NCBI GenBank assembly: GCA_036163695.1
Contig: JAYZKG010000053.1
Coordinates: 1-60,601 of the forward strand
Reading direction: 5' to 3'
DNA from: Actinomycetota bacterium
GTDB lineage: Bacteria; Actinomycetota; Acidimicrobiia; Actinomarinales; Actinomarinaceae
DNA: 60,601 bases
Shown here: positions 1-8,442 of the stretch, one piece after another
Layout of the letters: each line of letters opens with the position of its first letter
Position numbering within the stretch: the first letter of the stretch is position 1
Position numbers and translations under genes: made by a program
Notes under the pieces: model-generated
What the model saw: only the letters and a program-made list of their open reading frames with translations
Told to the model about the DNA's origin: nothing
Database searches by the model: none

Positions 1-528
1 ATTATTTGAATTAAATTTTTTCTTCCACTCTGGGTCTCGTGCAATAAATACAGGGATACAGTTAATAAACCCAACATTTGCATCAATCGCACATTGCGCG
101 TAATACTTAGAAGCTTCCTCACTTCCAACTGGTAAGAGGTTTATAACCATTTCGGTATTGGTAGATTTAAATATTTCAACTATATTCGAAGAACTAGACA
201 CTGGATCTATTTTATCTTTAACAAATTTGCCTATTCCGTCAAAAGTTTTTCCAGCCTCTACGATGACACCTGTTGTCTTGGGTTCATAAAACTTTAATGA
301 ATTATTGGGAGATACAAATATGGCTTCAGACAGGTCTTGACCAACTTTAGCTTTATTTATATCTATTGCTGCAACTACTTCTATATCTTTTACTTTATAT
401 CCGCCAATAACATCCGATATTAGGCCTTCTTCAGTATCCGTATCAGAATAATACTGAAGACCTTGAATAAGGGAGCTTGCACAATTCCCAACGCCGAGAA
501 TTGCAACTTTTATTTTACTTTTTTCCAT
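1..528 (-). CDS. ino1: myo-inositol-1-phosphate synthase (inositol-3-phosphate synthase), N-terminal 176 codons; ORF continues past the left edge
   Basis: Own translation of the minus strand from ATG at 528-526: MEKSKIKVAILGVGNCASSLIQGLQYY...VINLLPVGSEEASKYYAQCAIDANVGFINCIPVFIARDPEWKKKF. The GxGxxAS Rossmann start and the IPVFIA-DP-W-KKF block are typical of actinobacterial/archaeal Ino1. It is not in the ORF track because the window edge cuts it. Confidence 0.8.
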   Translation of the reverse strand, partial: MEKSKIKVAILGVGNCASSLIQGLQYYSDTDTEEGLISDVIGGYKVKDIEVVAAIDINKAKVGQDLSEAIFVSPNNSLKFYEPKTTGVIVEAGKTFDGIGKFVKDKIDPVSSSSNIVEIFKSTNTEMVINLLPVGSEEASKYYAQCAIDANVGFINCIPVFIARDPEWKKKFNSNN

Positions 529-884
529 TAGACAACTTTACCTTCCTATGAAATTAATTAGATATTTGAATTCCCAGATAAAGTGAAAATCCCAGTTGAT
601 CTTGCGACCCCCCGGGATTTTCTTACTTATCAATTGATTCTTGCGAATCTTTTTCTAAGTAAATTAATAATAAATTAAGTAAGAATTTTCACAAACTATA
701 TTAAGCATTGTTTTCGCGAGGAATTATATATAATTTAACCAGGATAAAGCACTCCAGGCAATAACTACTAAAAGTGTAATTACAGTGGTTGTAATTCCAA
801 TAATCTGTAGCAAAGAAAGGATTCTCTTCATATATAAAAAGTTTAATGACTTTATGAGAAATATAGATTAACTAAAGTTGTTTT

Positions 885-1856
885 ATGATTAAAAATTTAT
901 CTCCTTCTAGAGCATCTCAATATAAAACATGCCCTAAGCAATTCGAATATGCAAATGTAATAAAAATTGTTGAGCCAACAAATGAGGTACAAGCAAAAGG
1001 AACCACTATACATACAGCATTGGAATTATTATATGATGAACCTGCTGAGAATAGAACTAAAGATAAACTACACAACATATTTAGAACAGAGTGGAACAAC
1101 ATTAGAAACAATGATGAATTTACAAATCTATTTACAAGCAAGGAAGAGGAGCGTGCTTGGGGCTTAGATGCGTATAAACTTCTTACCAATTATCTTCAAT
1201 TAGAGAATCCAAAAGAAATTGAACCTTTAGAACGAGAACGTTGGGTCAGAGGAACCATTCAAGATCTAAACCTCAGAGGAATCCTGGATAGAATGGACAG
1301 TGATAAAGATGGTAATCTGATTATTTTGGATTATAAATCTGGAAAAGCACCTAGTGCAAAATATAAAGAACCAAGATTTTTTGCTCTAAAAATATATGCT
1401 CTTCTAATAGAGCAAGAAACAGGAAAGATTCCAGCAGAATTAAAACTCATATATTTAAAGAACTCAACTGTTCATACTCTTAAGGTAACTCCAGAAATGT
1501 TATTAGAGGTAAGACATGAAGTCTTAGAAATATGGAATGATATAAAAGTTTCGTTTGAGAATGAAAATTTTCCAGCAATAAAAAATACACTATGTGATTG
1601 GTGTTACTATAAACCAATTTGCCCAGTGTATAATCAAAATCCCCCTGATACAGATAAGTTAAAAGAGATAACTATAAAATCTGAGGACATTAAAGATTCT
1701 ATTGATGCACTTTCAATGATTCAAAATCCAGACTCATTACCACCATCCAGTGATTTATACGGCTTAGATGAAAGTCAATTAAAAAAACAAAAGAAAGAAT
1801 TAGATGATGAAAGAAACGACTTGATTATAGATTTCCAAGAAATATTAAGGAAATAA
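885..1856 (+). CDS. PD-(D/E)XK (RecB/Cas4-like) nuclease with Fe-S type cysteine pattern and a low-complexity C-terminal tail
   Basis: 323-aa ORF. Nuclease-core-like blocks are GILDRMD, IILDYKSGK and KIYALLIE. There is one N-terminal Cys (YKTCPKQ) plus CDWCYYKPIC (C-x2-C-x5-C) near residue 240, the Cas4/AddB-type cluster pattern. The last ~72 aa are an acidic/Lys/Ser-rich tail. The 3' end overlaps the convergent gdhA 3' end by 12 nt. Confidence 0.75.
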   Translation: MIKNLSPSRASQYKTCPKQFEYANVIKIVEPTNEVQAKGTTIHTALELLYDEPAENRTKDKLHNIFRTEWNNIRNNDEFTNLFTSKEEERAWGLDAYKLLTNYLQLENPKEIEPLERERWVRGTIQDLNLRGILDRMDSDKDGNLIILDYKSGKAPSAKYKEPRFFALKIYALLIEQETGKIPAELKLIYLKNSTVHTLKVTPEMLLEVRHEVLEIWNDIKVSFENENFPAIKNTLCDWCYYKPICPVYNQNPPDTDKLKEITIKSEDIKDSIDALSMIQNPDSLPPSSDLYGLDESQLKKQKKELDDERNDLIIDFQEILRK

Positions 1857-3110
1857 GCCTCTTGTAAGCTTAGCTGCAGCGACCTTTTTTATTCCTTTCA
1901 TCAAAGCAGCAGTTCGTAAGTCGCAATTGTTCTTTTCAGAAAGAATCCAAACCTCTTCAAATGCTGAAATTAGAACATCAACTAATCTTTCGTATATCTG
2001 CTTTTCCTTCCATAAGTAATTTTGAGTATCCTGAACCCATTCAAAATATGATGCAGTAACACCCCCGGCATTTGCAATAACATCTGGTATTACAAGTATC
2101 CCCCTATCCTCTAAAATTTTGTGGGCATTTACCGTGGTTGGAGAGTTTGCTCCTTCCAAGAGAATCTTCGTATCTATTTTATTTGCATTTTTACTTGTAA
2201 TCACTCCTCCAACAGCTGCTGGTATGAGTATTTCACATGGTATTTCTAATATTTCAGTATCTCCTAAATTATCAGCTCCATCAAATCCGACAACTGAAGA
2301 GTTCTTTGAGACATGTTTGAACAATTCAGGAATATTTATACCATTCTCATTAATAACGCCCCCATGAACATCATTAATAGCAATTACTTTTGCTCCTCGT
2401 TCGTAGGCATCGAGTGCAGCATACTTTCCTACATTTCCAAAACCTTGCACAACAATTCTTGAACTTTCAAAATCAAGATTGATCTTTGAAGAAGCTTCTT
2501 TAGCAATTGCCATAGCTCCTCTGCCAGTCGCCTCTCTTCTAGTAATTGACCCCCCTATTGAAACTGGTTTACCAGTAACTATTCCGGGTTGGGCTGAGCC
2601 CACAAAGTTTGAATAAGTATCCATTATCCAAGCCATTGTTTGCTCATCTGTTCCCATATCAGGAGCAGGTATGTCTTTATCAACACCTATAATTGGTAAA
2701 ATCTCAGCAGTATATCTTCTAGTAAGTCTTTGTTTTTCTGCTCGTGATAGTGGAGCTGGGTCAATCGCTACTCCTCCTTTTGCACCTCCGTACGGTAAGC
2801 CCACAATTGCACACTTCCAAGACATAAGAATTGCTAATGCTGTTACTTCTCCAAAATTTACATCTGGAGAATATCTAATTCCTCCCTTAGTCGGCCCAAT
2901 GCTTAAAACATGTTGAACTCGATATCCAATTACCGTTTCAACTTCTTCATATTCATCTCTTCTAAAAGGGAATGAAACAGTTAGTGCTCTTTGGGGGTAC
3001 TTTAGTCTTTCTCGTATATTTGAATCTAAATCAACCAAATCTGCTACTTGATCAAATTGATTAACAACTTCTTTGTACATATCGGATTCGACTTCGAAAT
3101 TGCTTATCAT
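1845..3110 (-). CDS. gdhA: NAD(P)-dependent glutamate dehydrogenase
   Basis: 421-aa ORF with the Glu/Leu/Phe/Val dehydrogenase signature KGGIRYSP...LMSWKCAIVGLPYGGAKGG and the GFGNVG dinucleotide fold. Confidence 0.92.
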   Translation of the reverse strand: MISNFEVESDMYKEVVNQFDQVADLVDLDSNIRERLKYPQRALTVSFPFRRDEYEEVETVIGYRVQHVLSIGPTKGGIRYSPDVNFGEVTALAILMSWKCAIVGLPYGGAKGGVAIDPAPLSRAEKQRLTRRYTAEILPIIGVDKDIPAPDMGTDEQTMAWIMDTYSNFVGSAQPGIVTGKPVSIGGSITRREATGRGAMAIAKEASSKINLDFESSRIVVQGFGNVGKYAALDAYERGAKVIAINDVHGGVINENGINIPELFKHVSKNSSVVGFDGADNLGDTEILEIPCEILIPAAVGGVITSKNANKIDTKILLEGANSPTTVNAHKILEDRGILVIPDVIANAGGVTASYFEWVQDTQNYLWKEKQIYERLVDVLISAFEEVWILSEKNNCDLRTAALMKGIKKVAAAKLTRGLFP

Positions 3111-3331
3111 ACTTATTCAATGATAAGCAGGTTTTATGTATATTTCCACTTAATATAACTAAGAGAAAATCTGTCTTAGTCAATTGTTAAATTATAGATT
3201 ATGAAAAACATAGAAATAATAAATAGGTTAAAAGAATCAGGTTTCGATGCTCTGATACTTTGCTCAAACCATAATGATAAATGTAATTGTCACTTGGATA
3301 TAAAAGAAGCAGCCTAAATAGGAAGAAAATA

Positions 3332-3892
3332 ATGAATACTTTATTAAATGATGTACTAGAACTATCTGGAAAAATAGCACATACTTCAGATGAAAAAATG
3401 ATCGATTTGACTGAATTTGGTGAAAAGTTAACTAAAAGTGAAGATATAGAGTTTCTATGGGTAGCAAAAAATGCCTCGGGAGCAGCAAGAAATGCTTCGA
3501 ACTCAATCAAAACTTACAGCCAGAATAAAATAGCGAAAAACGTTTCCGAAAAAGGGTCCATTAGGCTTGGAAATGAAGTTTTCTTGTACTCAAAAAGCTC
3601 GGTCTGGAAAACAAGCGATGTAACAAAACTCATTAAGTGGTTAGTAGAAGAAGCATCAAATAACGAAAGCCTTATAGAAGATATTGTTGCATTAATAGGA
3701 AAGAATTTTATTCCAAAACTTTTAGGTTTAGATGCTGTAGCAAAGAAAAGAGATAGGGATCCTAAAGTAATTAGAGACACTTTCTTATATAAAGAATGGA
3801 AAGATAAATCAGATTTACAAATAATCAATGCCGAGAGTAAACATGCGCCAAAATGGGTTCGTGGTCTATCTCACGGCGAAAGGAAGAAATAA
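3332..3892 (+). CDS. hypothetical protein, partner of the downstream annealase (function unknown)
   Basis: ATG at 3332 is preceded by AGGAAG (3320-3325). The longer form in the track starts at a TTG (3287). The 186-aa product is K/E/S-rich and looks soluble. Antisense ORFs 3199-3510 and 3514-3828 have the S/F/L-rich composition of shadow frames. I recognise no family by eye. The TAA stop (3890-3892) is 1 nt from the next ATG. Confidence 0.6.
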   Translation: MNTLLNDVLELSGKIAHTSDEKMIDLTEFGEKLTKSEDIEFLWVAKNASGAARNASNSIKTYSQNKIAKNVSEKGSIRLGNEVFLYSKSSVWKTSDVTKLIKWLVEEASNNESLIEDIVALIGKNFIPKLLGLDAVAKKRDRDPKVIRDTFLYKEWKDKSDLQIINAESKHAPKWVRGLSHGERKK

Positions 3893-3893
3893 T

Positions 3894-4325
3894 ATGAATC
3901 AACTATATGAACTAGCTAGGCCATTCCCAAGCAAATGGGTTAAAAAAGCACCGAAAGGTAAGTTTGGCAATTATGTTGCCCATTCTGTCATTGCACAAAG
4001 ACTTTTAGAGATTTGTGGTCCTTACACATGGGAAGTGACTGAACTAATTAGGCAATCCGAAGAAAAAAAAGTAGTGGGATGTTTCGGAAAATTGACTGTC
4101 GTAATCGATGAAAAAGAAGTAATAATTACTTCAATAGGTGATGTTGAGCACGATCAAGGAAGTGACGGAACTAATGCTAAACATGCAGAATCAGATGCAT
4201 TCAAAAGGTGCGCAATGAAAATTGGCTTAGGCCTCCATTTGTGGGCTGGGGAAGAGTACTATCTAGACAAAAAACTAGAAGAAAATAGTCCTCATTTAGC
4301 TGAAGCATCACTACAAACAGCTTAA
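3894..4325 (+). CDS. Rad52/Sak-like single-strand annealing protein (phage-type recombinase), 143 aa
   Basis: ATG at 3894 is preceded by AGGAAG (3881-3886). The N-terminal block is LARPFPSKWVKKAPKGKFGNYVAHSVIAQRLLEICGPYTWEV. The C-terminal block AESDAFKRCAMKIGLGLHLW matches the pattern I know from Rad52/Sak/DUF1071-type annealases (L-PF---I/V...G--YV----V--RL----G---W ... SDA-KR----FG-G--LY). The track's longer form (3828) overlaps the upstream gene and lacks an RBS. Confidence 0.7.
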   Translation: MNQLYELARPFPSKWVKKAPKGKFGNYVAHSVIAQRLLEICGPYTWEVTELIRQSEEKKVVGCFGKLTVVIDEKEVIITSIGDVEHDQGSDGTNAKHAESDAFKRCAMKIGLGLHLWAGEEYYLDKKLEENSPHLAEASLQTA

Positions 4326-4326
4326 G

Positions 4327-4782
4327 CTATGAGACAGTAGAATCTCGGGAATTTAATATTATAGTAACTGGTCCATTATTGTTGAGCTGGATATCCATTA
4401 ATGCTCCGAACTCTCCTGTTTGAACTTTAATTCCTTGCGAAACAAATCTATTTGCTGCAACATTGATAAGATCATTAGCTCTTTCCGGAACTTCCGATTC
4501 AATAAAAGATGGCCTATTCCCTTTTTTTATATTTGCATTAAGTGTAAATTGGCTAACAATTAGAACCTCGCCATTAATATCAAGTACTGATCTATTCATT
4601 TTGTTATTTTCATCAGAAAAGATTCGCAAATTACTTATCTTGTCTGAAAGAGCTTCTGCATCTTTTTCGGTATCTCCCTTTTCAACTCCCCAGAGCAAAA
4701 GCAGACCATCACTAATTTTACTTATTTGTTCACTGTCGACATGAACACTTGCTTCTGTTACTCTTTGTAAAACTACTTTCAT
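4327..4782 (-). CDS. dtd: D-aminoacyl-tRNA deacylase
   Basis: The MKVVLQRVTEASVHV start, the VSQFTL motif and the NNGPVT motif are all classic Dtd. I prefer the ATG at 4782 to the TTG-initiated longer form (4824), which would overlap the divergent gene. Confidence 0.9.
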   Translation of the reverse strand: MKVVLQRVTEASVHVDSEQISKISDGLLLLWGVEKGDTEKDAEALSDKISNLRIFSDENNKMNRSVLDINGEVLIVSQFTLNANIKKGNRPSFIESEVPERANDLINVAANRFVSQGIKVQTGEFGALMDIQLNNNGPVTIILNSRDSTVS

Positions 4783-4811
4783 AACTATTATATTATTAGA
4801 AAGGTACTTGT

Positions 4812-5216
4812 ATGCTAGACCCAATAACTATAAAACTTGCTCAAGGAGCAAATTATGCAGCACTAACAACTCTATTTCCTAATGGCAATCCTCAAACTCA
4901 AGTCATGTGGGTTGATGCAGACGAAAATTATTTATATATGAACACAGAAATTCATAGAGAAAAGTATAAAAATATAGAAAATGACTCAAGAGTTTCGATA
5001 CTAATTTGGAAAAATGATGATCCATTTAAGTATGTAGAAGTTAGAGGAAACGTAGAAGATTCGTACAAAGGAAAAGAAGCACGAGACCACATAGATAAGC
5101 TATCAGAAAAATATTTTAAGAGGCCTTATCCATTCACTGTTCAAACTGAAAGAGTAGTATTGAAAATTAAAGCAGTAAAAGAAGTATTTTTTAATGTAAC
5201 AATAGAAGATTTCTAA
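4812..5216 (+). CDS. pyridoxamine 5'-phosphate oxidase (PPOX) family protein, probably F420-dependent class
   Basis: 134-aa ORF. ANYAALTTLFPNGNPQTQVMWV...DSRVSILI...YVEVRGNVE resembles the small split-barrel PPOX-class proteins that are abundant in Actinomycetota. Confidence 0.6.
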   Translation: MLDPITIKLAQGANYAALTTLFPNGNPQTQVMWVDADENYLYMNTEIHREKYKNIENDSRVSILIWKNDDPFKYVEVRGNVEDSYKGKEARDHIDKLSEKYFKRPYPFTVQTERVVLKIKAVKEVFFNVTIEDF

Positions 5217-5270
5217 ATATCGTCGTCGCCACATCCACATTCTGGACAAAACATTAATGCTACCCCTTTC

Positions 5271-6152
5271 TTAAATAGTCGGCTCTGGTGGATTTTTTGA
5301 ATAGTCGTAAAAACCCTTACCCGATTTTACCCCTAAATCTCCTTCTTTAACTCTTTTTGAGAGAAAGTCTGGAGGACCTAAAGACTCGTCTCCAGATTCT
5401 TCTGCTAATTTTAATTTGGCATAATAATGTATATCTAAACCAGAATAATCAGCTAAGCGATAAGGACCTTTTGGATGGCCTAAGCCATTTTCAATTGCAA
5501 TATCAATATCTTCGAATGATGCTATACCCTCCTTGTATAGCTCAAAAGCTTCATCCGCAAGGGCTGCTAACATTCTGTTCACAATAAATCCAGGTGTTTC
5601 TTTTTTTAAGACAACAACTTTCCTACCCATTAGGTTTCCAAGGTTTATGGTTCTGTCTATAAATGATTGTTCAACTGCAGGACTGTATGCTACTTCAATC
5701 AAATCCATTCTTATTGGGGGGTAAAAAAAGTGCATATTAAGTATCCTGGATGGGCAATTAGTAACTTCTGATAGTTGGGAGCCAGCAATGAAAGAGCTAT
5801 TTGAAGCGAGGACAGTGTTCTCATCTGTATTTTCTGAAAGGTACTGAAATACTTGATTTTTTATATCAAGCCTTTCAGTAACTGCTTCGATAGCAAATGT
5901 TCTACCTTTTATTGAGTCTTCTAAAGAAGAGCATGGAACCAGGAAAGAATCAAAATTATCTCCTTGCTTTTGTGTTAGTTTCTCTTTTTGAATTAGATTT
6001 GCAATATTTTTTTTTGTAAATTCTATTTTTTGTTCTAGCTGATCTGAATCTTCGTCATAAAGATTTGTTTCTAATCCTGCCATAGCTGATAAAGCTGCAA
6101 TCTGACTACCCATCTGCCCCGCACCAATTACAACAACTTTTTCGTTTTCCAT
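5271..6152 (-). CDS. 3-hydroxyacyl-CoA (3-hydroxybutyryl-CoA) dehydrogenase
   Basis: 293 aa with a VVVIGAGQMGSQIA NAD fold, the ...HFFYPP... block and the PGFIVNR block typical of the 3HCDH family. A 2-nt gap to the upstream ACAD suggests an operon. Confidence 0.88.
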   Translation of the reverse strand: MENEKVVVIGAGQMGSQIAALSAMAGLETNLYDEDSDQLEQKIEFTKKNIANLIQKEKLTQKQGDNFDSFLVPCSSLEDSIKGRTFAIEAVTERLDIKNQVFQYLSENTDENTVLASNSSFIAGSQLSEVTNCPSRILNMHFFYPPIRMDLIEVAYSPAVEQSFIDRTINLGNLMGRKVVVLKKETPGFIVNRMLAALADEAFELYKEGIASFEDIDIAIENGLGHPKGPYRLADYSGLDIHYYAKLKLAEESGDESLGPPDFLSKRVKEGDLGVKSGKGFYDYSKNPPEPTI

Positions 6153-6154
6153 AT

Positions 6155-7369
6155 TTATTCCTCTTTGTTTATCTCCCTCTTAGCAATAGACATCTTGTGT
6201 ACCTCATCAGGTCCATCTGCAAATCTTAATGCTCTTACGCCTGCACTCATTCTGGCAAGCGGTGTATCTTGGGATAGTCCTTGTGCTCCATAGGTTTGTA
6301 TAGCCTTATCAACAACGTATCCGGCAGCTTCAACTGCAGCAACTTTAATTGCAGAAATCTCTATTCTTGCACCTTTCTTTCCAACTGTATCCATAAGCCA
6401 AGCTGTTTTTAGAGTCAAGAGTCTAGCTTGCTCTATCTTAATTCTTGATTCAGCTATCCAATCTTGAACAACTCCTTGCTCTACTATTTTTTTCCCAAAA
6501 GTTGATCTTGATTTAGCTCTCTGAATCATTAGCTCTAACGCTCTTTCTGCTAGGCCTATTGTCCTCATACAATGATGAATACGTCCTGGGCCAAGTCTGG
6601 CTTGAGCAATTGCAAATCCTAATCCTTCTTCTCCGATTATATTCGATGCAGGAACTCTCACATTTGTAAAGTTAATTTCTGGATGGCCAGTATAACCATC
6701 ATCATATCCATAGACTTTCATAGGTCGAACTATTTCAACCCCTTCTGTTGAGAGAGGGACGAGTATCTGGCTCTGTTGTTGATAAGGTGGATTATCAGGA
6801 TTTGTAATCCCCATAAAAATACATACTTTTGCATTAGGATTCACTGCATTCGAAGTCCACCACTTTCTTCCATTAATAACATACTCTTCATCATCTCTTT
6901 CTATCGATGACTGTATATTTGTTGCATCTGAAGAAGGTACTTCCGGTTCCGTCATTCCGAAACATGATCTAATCTCACCTTCTAGGAGAGGAGTCAGCCA
7001 CTCCTCTTTTTGTTCTTCTGTTCCAAATTCAGCAAGAATTTCCATATTGCCAGTATCTGGTGCCGAACAATTGAAAACTTCAGAAGACCACCAAACTTTA
7101 CCCATAACTTCGGCTAAAGGAGCGTAATCTAGATTAGATAGTCCAGGACCATATCGTTTGTCTGGAAGAAATAGGTTCCATAAACCTTCTTTTTTAGCTA
7201 CAGCTTTAAGGTCATTAAGTAATTGAGGAATATGTAAAGGATCATCAGAATTATCTATCTCCTCATCATATACTTTCTCATTGGGGAAAATATGTTCATC
7301 AAAAAAGACATTTAATTTATTTAAATAATCCTCTGCAATTGCTGATATTGAAAAGTCCACAATATACAT
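6155..7369 (-). CDS. acyl-CoA dehydrogenase of the ACAD10/ACAD11/FadE2 subfamily
   Basis: [77 protein letters not shown] closely parallels the ACAD domain of mammalian ACAD10/11 as I remember it. I use the ATG at 7369; the track's form begins 3 codons upstream at a TTG (7378). Confidence 0.85.
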   Translation of the reverse strand: MYIVDFSISAIAEDYLNKLNVFFDEHIFPNEKVYDEEIDNSDDPLHIPQLLNDLKAVAKKEGLWNLFLPDKRYGPGLSNLDYAPLAEVMGKVWWSSEVFNCSAPDTGNMEILAEFGTEEQKEEWLTPLLEGEIRSCFGMTEPEVPSSDATNIQSSIERDDEEYVINGRKWWTSNAVNPNAKVCIFMGITNPDNPPYQQQSQILVPLSTEGVEIVRPMKVYGYDDGYTGHPEINFTNVRVPASNIIGEEGLGFAIAQARLGPGRIHHCMRTIGLAERALELMIQRAKSRSTFGKKIVEQGVVQDWIAESRIKIEQARLLTLKTAWLMDTVGKKGARIEISAIKVAAVEAAGYVVDKAIQTYGAQGLSQDTPLARMSAGVRALRFADGPDEVHKMSIAKREINKEE

Positions 7370-7425
7370 GATAATCAATGTAATTTGTAGAAAGTAAAAT
7401 TTTCAGAACTGATTATCCTATTTTT

Positions 7426-8442
7426 ATGAACCCATTTGACGAAAAAATAAGAATTTGGATTTCAGATAGTATTGATTTATCAAAAAATTTTGAATTTGAA
7501 CAATTTAAAGTAGGTAGATCAAACCTAACATTCAAAATTTGTGACAAAAAAAATACATATGTCCTAAGAAGACCGCCATTAGGCTCGAAACTTGAGTCTG
7601 CGCATGATATGAAACGAGAATATCGAATTATATCTAATCTATACAAATGTAAATATAGAGTGCCAAAGCCTTACGTACTATGTGACAATAGAGACATCTC
7701 AAGTGAAGATTTCTACATAATGGAGTATATTGATGGACAAACAATAGCAACCATGGAAGACGCACAAAGCCTAAGTGACGAAATAAAAAAAACAATATCT
7801 GAGGACTATATTGTCACCATTTGTGAACTTCATAATATTGAAGTAGGCAGCTCGGGACTTGAGAGTTTAGGTAAACATGAAGACTATATAGAAAGACAAT
7901 TAAGCAGGTGGGCAAAACAATGGGATAAACAAAAGACAAGAGAAATCCCAGACTTACAGAATTCAACTAAATTATTACTAGATAGTATTCCGAAGCAACA
8001 ACGAACAAGTATCGTCCATGGAGACTATAGACTAGATAATGTAAAAGTAGGTAACTCTGGAAATATTCTGGCTGTTCTTGACTGGGAATTATGCACACTA
8101 GGAGATCCTTTAGCAGATTTAGGAACAATTATCGCTTCTTGGGTTTCTGAAGAAATTGACTCTCCATTTATCTATTCCCCAAATAAAGCTGGAGGATTCG
8201 CTAATAGAAGTCACCTGTTAGATATTTACAGTAATCAAACTGGACTAGACATTGGAGAGATTGAATTCTATACAAGATTTTCTTACTGGAAACACGCTTT
8301 GATTATGGAGGGTGTATTTTTTAGGTACTCTTCTGGTGCGTATGGTAATGTTGATAAAGAGACAATTGATTTGTTTGGAGAAAATGCATTATCGATGGCA
8401 TCTTACTCAAATAAAGAAAATCTATTAGAGGAGTTATTATGA
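7426..8442 (+). CDS. APH-fold phosphotransferase (ACAD10/11 N-terminal kinase-domain homolog)
   Basis: 338 aa. GRSNLTFKI...YVLRRPPLGSKLESAHDMKREYRIISNL...VPKPY parallels the ACAD10/11 kinase domain. The catalytic HGDYRLDNV (Brenner motif) and LDWE metal-binding motif are present. It is divergent from the ACAD gene across 56 bp. Confidence 0.82.
   Translation: MNPFDEKIRIWISDSIDLSKNFEFEQFKVGRSNLTFKICDKKNTYVLRRPPLGSKLESAHDMKREYRIISNLYKCKYRVPKPYVLCDNRDISSEDFYIMEYIDGQTIATMEDAQSLSDEIKKTISEDYIVTICELHNIEVGSSGLESLGKHEDYIERQLSRWAKQWDKQKTREIPDLQNSTKLLLDSIPKQQRTSIVHGDYRLDNVKVGNSGNILAVLDWELCTLGDPLADLGTIIASWVSEEIDSPFIYSPNKAGGFANRSHLLDIYSNQTGLDIGEIEFYTRFSYWKHALIMEGVFFRYSSGAYGNVDKETIDLFGENALSMASYSNKENLLEELL

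Noticed and set aside
724-831. A 35-codon minus-strand ORF encoding a single-TM peptide (MKRILSLLQIIGITTTVITLLVVIAWSALSWLNYI) in the ino1 upstream region.
   Set aside because: It has no Shine-Dalgarno sequence, and hydrophobic peptides arise easily from T-rich DNA. It is plausible as a small membrane protein but unsupported here, so I do not list it as a feature.
3201-3317. A 38-codon plus-strand ORF (MKNIEIINRLKESGFDALILCSNHNDKCNCHLDIKEAA) in the spacer upstream of the recombination cassette.
   Set aside because: It has no RBS and no recognisable family, and it is short enough to arise by chance in AT-rich DNA. It overlaps the alternative TTG start region. It cannot be supported without conservation data.
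3199-3828. Two minus-strand ORFs (103 and 104 aa) opposite the unknown partner gene of the annealase. They could have meant that the coding strand is the minus strand.
   Set aside because: Their sequences are S/F/L/I-rich and look like nonsense. The plus-strand product is a balanced K/E-rich soluble sequence with an AGGAAG RBS and tight coupling to the downstream annealase gene.
5213-5254. A 13-codon micro-ORF (MFCPECGCGDDDI) on the minus strand just after the 3-hydroxyacyl-CoA dehydrogenase stop, with an AGGGG about 8 nt upstream.
   Set aside because: It is far too short to call from sequence alone, and it overlaps the stop codon of the convergent PPOX gene. The CxxCxC pattern is probably coincidental.
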